Origin: an uncultured bacterium
GTDB lineage: Bacteria > Zixibacteria > MSB-5A5 > JAABVY01 > JAHJOQ01
Assembly (NCBI GenBank): GCA_965369655.1
Contig: CBDUQR010000001.1
Span: 64,001 to 128,000, forward strand
DNA length: 64,000 nt
Direction: 5' to 3'
The position numbers were made by a program, and so were the translations under genes. How positions within the stretch are numbered: position 1 is the stretch's first letter; every line of letters starts with the position of its first letter. Positions 57,725 through 64,000 of the stretch are shown here, piece by piece. Below the pieces are notes generated by a model. That model was given only the letters and a program-made list of their open reading frames with translations, was not told the DNA's origin and did no database searches.

Positions 57725-59143
57725 ATGACCCTGAAAGCTCTTCAGACGATGGCCAAGCGGGATAAAGTCGAATTCATTGATATCAAGTTCGCAGACCTCT
57801 TAGGCCGCTGGCGACATGTCACGCTTCCAGTCGAATCATTGAAGCAGAAACTGTTCGATCACGGGATTGGCGTGGATGGCTCGTCAGTGTCAGGATTTGC
57901 GCAGGTCAAAGCCGGCGATATGCTACTTTCTGTTGATCGAAGTACCGCATTCATCGATCCATTCTGGGAGCATCCGACGATGTCGTTCATCGGCGATGTC
58001 GTTTCGGTCAAAGACGGCAAAGTCTCGCCATTTTCACGCAATCCGAGAACTGTCGCGAAGCGTGCGGAGGACTTTCTCAGAAAATCTAAGATTGCTGATG
58101 AGAGCAGATGGTTGCCTGAGTTCGAGTTCAATCTGTTTACATCTGTCGCGTATCATCAGGACACTGGCTGCGGATACTACTTCGTCGACTCCAAAGAAGC
58201 CGAATGGAACACCGGCGAGGATGATCCGGAGAATTACGGCTACCAGATACCATACAAGCGCGGCTACCATGCCGCGCCGCCATCGGATCAGACATACGAA
58301 ATCCGCAGCGACATGTGCGCAATCCTGAAAAGCCTCGGCGTGCCGATCAAGTACCATCATCACGAGGTAAGCGGCGCATCGCAGCAAGAGATTGAGGTCG
58401 ACTACGGCAGCCTGCTCGAAACAGCAGATCGTTGCATGTTGGTCAAGTATGTGGTTAAGAACACCGCTTTGAGACACAATATGTCTGCGACATTTATGCC
58501 GAAGCCGCTCTACAATGAGCCGGGCAACGGCATGCACTTCCATCAGTATCTGGTCAAAAGCGGCAAGTCTGTGTTTTACAATTCTAAGAAGAACCTCAAG
58601 CTTTCCAATGCGGGAAGATACTATATCGGCGGCCTGCTCAAGCATGCTCCAGCGCTGCTCTGTATCTGTTCGCCATCGACCAACTCGTACAAGCGGCTCG
58701 TGCCCGGATTCGAGGCGCCGGTTAAGAGTACATACTCGATCGCTAACAGGAGCGCTGCGATTCGCATTCCCGGCTACCAACTCGACCCATCGACATACGA
58801 CATGGAGTTCCGTCCGCCGGATGCCACCTGCAATCCATATCTTGCGATTGCCGCACAGCTCATGGCCGGACTCGACGGCATCAGAAACAAAATCGATCCG
58901 GGTGCGGACACATCGGAAGACATCACCCACATGTCAGAGCGGAAACTATCGAAGATACCGACACTGCCGGCATCGTTGAGGCATGCGATCATCGCCCTCA
59001 AGAAAGATTGCGATTTCCTCCTTAAAGGCGGCGTGTTCACCGAGGACCTGATCGACGAGTGGGTGCGTATCAAGCAGGACGAAGCCGATGCCATCAGCGT
59101 CCGCCCACACCCACATGAGTTTAGTTTGTACTTTAACTGTTAA
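57725..59143 (+). CDS. glnA: Glutamine synthetase type I
   Basis: DGSS, HHHEV, TFMPKP, GNGMHFH, NSYKRLVPGFEAP, NRSAAIRIP, EFRPPD. Confidence 0.97.
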   Translation: MTLKALQTMAKRDKVEFIDIKFADLLGRWRHVTLPVESLKQKLFDHGIGVDGSSVSGFAQVKAGDMLLSVDRSTAFIDPFWEHPTMSFIGDVVSVKDGKVSPFSRNPRTVAKRAEDFLRKSKIADESRWLPEFEFNLFTSVAYHQDTGCGYYFVDSKEAEWNTGEDDPENYGYQIPYKRGYHAAPPSDQTYEIRSDMCAILKSLGVPIKYHHHEVSGASQQEIEVDYGSLLETADRCMLVKYVVKNTALRHNMSATFMPKPLYNEPGNGMHFHQYLVKSGKSVFYNSKKNLKLSNAGRYYIGGLLKHAPALLCICSPSTNSYKRLVPGFEAPVKSTYSIANRSAAIRIPGYQLDPSTYDMEFRPPDATCNPYLAIAAQLMAGLDGIRNKIDPGADTSEDITHMSERKLSKIPTLPASLRHAIIALKKDCDFLLKGGVFTEDLIDEWVRIKQDEADAISVRPHPHEFSLYFNC

Positions 59144-59259
59144 TCTGACAGTATCGCAGAGTGCATGCTCATGTAAGAACACAGATTGCTGTTGACAGTA
59201 TGCTCAACCATCGGTACTTTGCTCATGGGTGAGCCCTCCAACCTAAAGGTTGAGTTAGA

Positions 59260-60933
59260 ATGTTCAGAGTCTTTTTCGCTATTTCCCTGGCATCGCTCAC
59301 GATTCTCGTGAGTTGCAGTGGCGAAAATGAAACGCCGACTGTGACTGATACGATACCGCCACATGTGGTCTCGACAATTCCTCTTGCTGACGCTGATTCG
59401 GTTAGTATCAATACGGTGATTTCAGCAACATTCTCGGAGAATATCAATCCTGCTACGATTGACTCTACAACTTTCATACTCGATATAACGCAGTCAGGAG
59501 AGCAAATCTCAAGTACAATAGACGTCGATGAACACACCGTCACTCTTGCTCCTTCAACTACGCTTATGTATGACACTTCGTACACAGCCAGGCTGGTGAG
59601 TGGTATCACAGACATGGCAGGTAACGCGCTTCATGATGAATACTCCTGGTCATTTCGGACTTGCGATAGCAGTATGATTGATACGATACCGCCACATGTG
59701 GTCTCGACAATTCCTCTTGCTGACGCTGATTCGGTTAGTATCAATACGGTGATTTCAGCAACATTCTCGGAGAATATCAATCCTGCTACGATTGACTCTA
59801 CAACTTTCATACTCGATATAACGCAGTCAGGAGAGCAAATCTCAGGTACAATAGACGTCGATGAACACACCGTCACTCTTGCCCCTTCAACTACGCTTAT
59901 GTATGACACTTCATACACCGCCAGACTTATGAGCCAAATCACAGACACAGCAGGCAACGAACTCCGTAGTGAATACTCCTGGTCATTCAACACAATTGGA
60001 CGTAGCTCACCCGACACTGGCTGGTCACTCCGTGCCTCGGGTACCTCAGTCTACCTTACCGATGTTGTTTGGACCGGTGATGGGTTCATCGCTGTGGGAA
60101 TAACCAGCACGGTGGTCACTTCTAGTGACGGGATTTCATGGCGGGCTTCACAAATCAGCGTTGAAGACAATTACCTTGCCTCAATAGCTCATTGTGGAGA
60201 CGCACTAATGATAGTAGGTTGGCATCAGCAATCATATCAACCTCGCACGTTTGTTTCCACTGATGGGATATCTTGGATTCCTGCTATCTCGTTCAGCGAC
60301 AGTTCGAAAACTCTAATAGACGTAGCCCATACAGGAACACACTACATCGCTGTAGGAGGTTGGGGTGTCGCAATGGAATCACCCGATGGATTGCACTGGA
60401 CAAGAATCATAGATCTCTGGGATGTGAGCGCCTTCAAAGCTGCATTGTGGCATGACAGCAAGCTATTCGCTGTAGGATATACACGCGATTACGATGATGA
60501 CCTTTACCCATCTCCATACAGATCGGTCGTTTATACGTATGATCTGTTCACATGGTCGGAAGTGTGGAGATCTGGCGACCTTCCATGTGACACTTGGCTT
60601 AACGATATTATACACACTGGAGATATGTTCATCGCAGTTGGTTTTGGTTCGACAGAGTACGGGGGTGGTTCAATAATCACCTCAACTGATGGTACGGCTT
60701 GGAAGTATCGCTATCCAGGTCAACACACATGCCACTATAGTGAAGTCATCCACGTAAGTGGTGTTACCTATGTAGCCGGAAGCCAAGGAGTTGTGTTAAG
60801 AACTGATGATTTTACATCCTGGGAAGTCTGTCAGACGAATACAGACGAACATCTGAACGCAATAGCCTATGGAAACTCTACAATAGTAGTTGTGGGGTCC
60901 AATGGTACTATCCTCACTTCACCATTGAGATGA
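59260..60933 (+). CDS. Lipoprotein with two Ig-like (Big_5-type) domains and a beta-propeller/BNR-like domain
   Basis: Lipobox LVSC; duplicated DTIPPHVVST...YSWSF; S.DG.SW repeats. Confidence 0.85.
   Translation: MFRVFFAISLASLTILVSCSGENETPTVTDTIPPHVVSTIPLADADSVSINTVISATFSENINPATIDSTTFILDITQSGEQISSTIDVDEHTVTLAPSTTLMYDTSYTARLVSGITDMAGNALHDEYSWSFRTCDSSMIDTIPPHVVSTIPLADADSVSINTVISATFSENINPATIDSTTFILDITQSGEQISGTIDVDEHTVTLAPSTTLMYDTSYTARLMSQITDTAGNELRSEYSWSFNTIGRSSPDTGWSLRASGTSVYLTDVVWTGDGFIAVGITSTVVTSSDGISWRASQISVEDNYLASIAHCGDALMIVGWHQQSYQPRTFVSTDGISWIPAISFSDSSKTLIDVAHTGTHYIAVGGWGVAMESPDGLHWTRIIDLWDVSAFKAALWHDSKLFAVGYTRDYDDDLYPSPYRSVVYTYDLFTWSEVWRSGDLPCDTWLNDIIHTGDMFIAVGFGSTEYGGGSIITSTDGTAWKYRYPGQHTCHYSEVIHVSGVTYVAGSQGVVLRTDDFTSWEVCQTNTDEHLNAIAYGNSTIVVVGSNGTILTSPLR
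59346..59987 (+). repeat. Intragenic tandem duplication, 333-bp period
   Basis: Copies begin at 59346 and 59679; the first ~240 bp differ at only 3 positions I could see. Confidence 0.92.
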
Positions 60934-61776
60934 ATTTGTAGAATATTCAACGCTCTCCCACTTCGGATAGCTCCCCAGCACTTTCACAAAATGCGTGATT
61001 TCTTCGAGGTGGTTGAGGGCGTTCCGGACTTCCTGTTGCTGTACTGTGCCCTCGAAATCGAGATAAAAATAATACTGCCAGGCTTTCTTGCGGACAGGAC
61101 GTGATTCTATTTTGGTCAAATCAATATCGCGCAGCGCAAACACAGAAAGAACCTTGAACAACACTCCCGGCTGATTCTTCATAGAAAACACAATCGATGT
61201 CTTCCCGGGACCGCTGAACTTTTTCGGCTTTCGTCCAAGCAGCAGAAACCGCGTGAAATTCGTCTTTTCGTCTTCGAGAGATTTCCGCAGCACTTTCATT
61301 CCATAGATTTCAGCGGCATACGGCTGCGCAAGTGCGGCGGCATCGTCGGGTTTGTCTTCTGCGAGCATTTTCACCGCACCGCCGGTATCGTAATACAACA
61401 CAGGTTCGATCTGTGGATTGCGCTCGAAAAATCCGCTGCACTGCTCCAACGCCGCAGGATGCGAATAGACTTTTGATATTCGCTTGAACCCAATCCCTCT
61501 CGGCGCGATCAAACTGAGCGAAATGCGAAGCTGCGTCTCGCCCACAACGCTCAGATCGCGTTCCAGCAGCAGATCGTAACTCTTGTGGATCGATCCGATC
61601 AGCGAGTTTTCGATTGGGATGATTCCAAGAGAAGCCTTGCGCGATTCGACAAGATCGAATACGGAAGCAAATGACTTGGCGCCGACAACAGAAATGCTGT
61701 CGCCAAGAAGCCGCCGTGCGGCTACTTCTGAAAATGCGCCTCGTTCACCCTGGAATGCAACTCTTGAGCGGCTCAT
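60919..61776 (-). CDS. pheA: Prephenate dehydratase
   Basis: FQGERGAFSE, PIENS, VYSHP, NFTRF, LTKIESRP ACT domain. Confidence 0.95.
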   Translation of the reverse strand: MSRSRVAFQGERGAFSEVAARRLLGDSISVVGAKSFASVFDLVESRKASLGIIPIENSLIGSIHKSYDLLLERDLSVVGETQLRISLSLIAPRGIGFKRISKVYSHPAALEQCSGFFERNPQIEPVLYYDTGGAVKMLAEDKPDDAAALAQPYAAEIYGMKVLRKSLEDEKTNFTRFLLLGRKPKKFSGPGKTSIVFSMKNQPGVLFKVLSVFALRDIDLTKIESRPVRKKAWQYYFYLDFEGTVQQQEVRNALNHLEEITHFVKVLGSYPKWESVEYSTNSSQW

Positions 61777-61829
61777 ACCTGATTGGTCGGTACGAACGCA
61801 AGAATGCTTAAAGAAGAAAAGACGGCAGC

Positions 61830-63077
61830 TTAGTTCTTCATCGAATCCAGGAATTTAGTGTTCGACTTGGTCTTCTTGACTCTATCCAGCAAGAATTCCA
61901 TACCCTCGACCGGGTTCATCTCAGCAAGGAATTTCCGCATAATCCAGACCTTATTGAGCTGATCGGATGTGAGCAGAAGTTCTTCCTTACGAGTACCGGA
62001 GCGATTGATGTCCATCGCCGGGAAAATTCTTCGATCCGAAAGCCTGCGGTCGAGCACGATTTCCATATTGCCGGTGCCCTTGAATTCCTCGAAGATGACC
62101 TCATCCATTCGGGAGCCGGTCTCGATCAGCGCTGTGCCGATGATAGTCAGCGATCCGCCCTCTTCGATGTTTCGCGCTGCGCCGAAGAATCTTTTCGGCC
62201 TGTGCAAGGCGTTCGAATCGACGCCACCCGACAGGATCTTGCCGGAATGCGGGACGACCGCGTTGTGCGCGCGCGCGAGTCTCGTGATCGAGTCGAGCAG
62301 GATAACCACGTCGTGTTGATGCTCGACAAGGCGCTTCGCTTTCGCGATCACCATGTCCGCAACCTGCACATGACGCTCTGCGGGCTCATCGAATGTTGAC
62401 GATACGACCTCGCCCTTCACCGACCGAGCCATTTCGGTAACCTCTTCCGGACGCTCATCGATCAGCAGCACGATCAGCTTCATCTCCGGATGGTTCGTCG
62501 CGATAGCATTCGCGATACGCTGCAGGATGATAGTCTTTCCCGCTTTCGGAGGCGAGGTGATTAGTCCGCGCTGGCCCTTCCCGATCGGCGTCATCAGGTC
62601 CATGATCCTCGTAGTGTACTCCGACGGAGAATACTCGAGCTTGATCTTCTCCTGCGGATAGAGCGGCGTGAGGTTATCAAAGAGAATCTTGTGCTTCGCA
62701 ATCTCGGGATTCTCGAAATTGACTGCCTCGATCTTGAGCAGTGCGAAATACCGCTCGGATTCCTTCGGCGGCCTTACCTGACCCGAGACCGTGTCGCCGG
62801 TGCGCAGATCGAATCTCTTTATCTGCGATGGCGAAACATAGATGTCGTCCGGTCCCGGAAGGTAGTTGTAATCTGATGAGCGAAGAAACCCGTAGCCCTC
62901 GTCAAGAATCTGCAGGACGCCTTCGGCGAAAATCAGGCCGTCTTTCTCGGTATTCGCTTCAAGAATCTTGAAGATCAGTTCCTGTTTTCGCAGCCCGGAT
63001 ACTCCCGGGATATCGAGCTCCTCGGCCATCTTGAGAAGCTCGGCGATGGTTTTACTTTTCAGGTCGACAATGTCCAT
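61830..63077 (-). CDS. rho: Transcription termination factor Rho
   Basis: [43 protein letters not shown]. Confidence 0.98.
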   Translation of the reverse strand: MDIVDLKSKTIAELLKMAEELDIPGVSGLRKQELIFKILEANTEKDGLIFAEGVLQILDEGYGFLRSSDYNYLPGPDDIYVSPSQIKRFDLRTGDTVSGQVRPPKESERYFALLKIEAVNFENPEIAKHKILFDNLTPLYPQEKIKLEYSPSEYTTRIMDLMTPIGKGQRGLITSPPKAGKTIILQRIANAIATNHPEMKLIVLLIDERPEEVTEMARSVKGEVVSSTFDEPAERHVQVADMVIAKAKRLVEHQHDVVILLDSITRLARAHNAVVPHSGKILSGGVDSNALHRPKRFFGAARNIEEGGSLTIIGTALIETGSRMDEVIFEEFKGTGNMEIVLDRRLSDRRIFPAMDINRSGTRKEELLLTSDQLNKVWIMRKFLAEMNPVEGMEFLLDRVKKTKSNTKFLDSMKN

Positions 63078-63165
63078 AGTGATTAACCTTTCACTCTATG
63101 AAATAACTCATTTTATCGATTGTAGTGAACGTGCTGTTTCGTGGATTGAGGGGATCGCCTAAGTG

Positions 63166-63519
63166 TTACTTTTCCTCCAATCTTTCGGATGGAGCGTCAC
63201 CCCACAGTCGTTCGAGACCGTAGAATTCCCTCTTTTCCTGAAGAAATATGTGCACAACAACATCAACATAGTCCAAAAGAACCCAACTGCCGTATGAAAG
63301 CCCTTCGATATGCCACGGCTTCTGATCTTCTTCTGCAAGGCCGTCCCTAATACTCTCAGCTATTGCCTTGTTGTGGATATCAGCGGCGCCGGAACATATC
63401 ACAAAGAAGTCTGTTACCGACGTGAGCCCTCGTAAGTCCAGAATAACTACATCATTCGCTTTCTTGTCAAGGGCAAAAGTTCCTGCAAGGCGGGCTAATT
63501 CGTGCGAGTCAGATACCAA
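63166..63519 (-). CDS. rsfS: Ribosome silencing factor
   Basis: DKKA.DVVILDL, DFFVICS, WVLLDYVDVVVHIF, YGLERLW. Confidence 0.95.
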   Translation of the reverse strand: MVSDSHELARLAGTFALDKKANDVVILDLRGLTSVTDFFVICSGAADIHNKAIAESIRDGLAEEDQKPWHIEGLSYGSWVLLDYVDVVVHIFLQEKREFYGLERLWGDAPSERLEEK

Positions 63520-63558
63520 TAGCCTGAGTCAGCTCCTTCCCAACAGGTTGATTCCAGG

Positions 63559-64000
63559 TCATTCTGAACCTGTCCTGGCGTTGAGCACCCGTTCGACATC
63601 CTTGCCGATTATTACGGTGATGTCTATGCTCAGGAAATTATCGTCAAGAGACCTCAGCACGACATTAGCCGGATCAGCGCCGAGTTCGGCTGCAAGTCTG
63701 TCGGCATACTCGATGGCGCGCTCGTCGCGTACGATCAGCATTGTCTCCGTCACATTGTAGGATTCGAAATTCTCGACCTCAATAACGTCGAACTCCGCGC
63801 CCTCAACTTTGCTCGCCCTGATTAAATCGGCGGTCAGGGATGCCGCTTTAGTTATTCCGCATCCGTTCAGCACCTGAACCCTGAGATATGTCCTCTCCGG
63901 CGGAAGGCTCGAAGATTCTCCCGACATGATCTTCAGCACGGTCGAAGAGACGAATACGAGCACAACCAGCGACAAGACTCCGATCACATAGTTCAAACCT
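63559..64000 (-). CDS. LytR C-terminal domain membrane protein (5' end possibly outside the window)
   Basis: TM helix then VQVLNGCG..A, DITVIIGKD. Confidence 0.8.
   Translation of the reverse strand, partial: GLNYVIGVLSLVVLVFVSSTVLKIMSGESSSLPPERTYLRVQVLNGCGITKAASLTADLIRASKVEGAEFDVIEVENFESYNVTETMLIVRDERAIEYADRLAAELGADPANVVLRSLDDNFLSIDITVIIGKDVERVLNARTGSE

Overview
Bacterial chromosomal segment from a diderm (LPS-exporting) organism. Gene content and order (lptC-lptB-rpoN-hpf-hprK, lptFG, PEP-CTERM proteins, T9SS-like C-termini, rubrerythrin/rubredoxin) suggest an anaerobic FCB-group or related lineage such as Zixibacteria; this is inference only. The backbone is housekeeping: mreB, rnr, dgt, holA, pcm, pth-rpsF-rpsR-rplI, larE, pcrA, glnA, pheA, rho, rsfS. 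It is interrupted by AT-richer solitary genes, several defence-like: DUF4238, a putative Abi protein, a membrane protein plus HAD nucleotidase pair, pRiA4b ORF3 and a pentapeptide-repeat protein. Intergenic regions are packed with REP-like hairpins. The most striking non-coding signal is a family of 155-201 bp elements with IS1182/IS5-like ends (GAGGCTGTCCCAAAAG). Each sits in the exact centre of the same palindrome (GGCAGATGT-GG/CC-ACATCTGCC) with a 4-bp target duplication and has a different REP-filled interior, and an empty copy of the target lies at 55328. Several gene stubs, including an AspS-like N-terminus, stop at REP hairpins. There is also a cluster of sigma54 promoters ahead of small unknown proteins and PEP-CTERM paralogues, and another ahead of a degenerate RNase H-fold gene. 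No tRNA, rRNA, CRISPR array, transposase or integrase was recognised.
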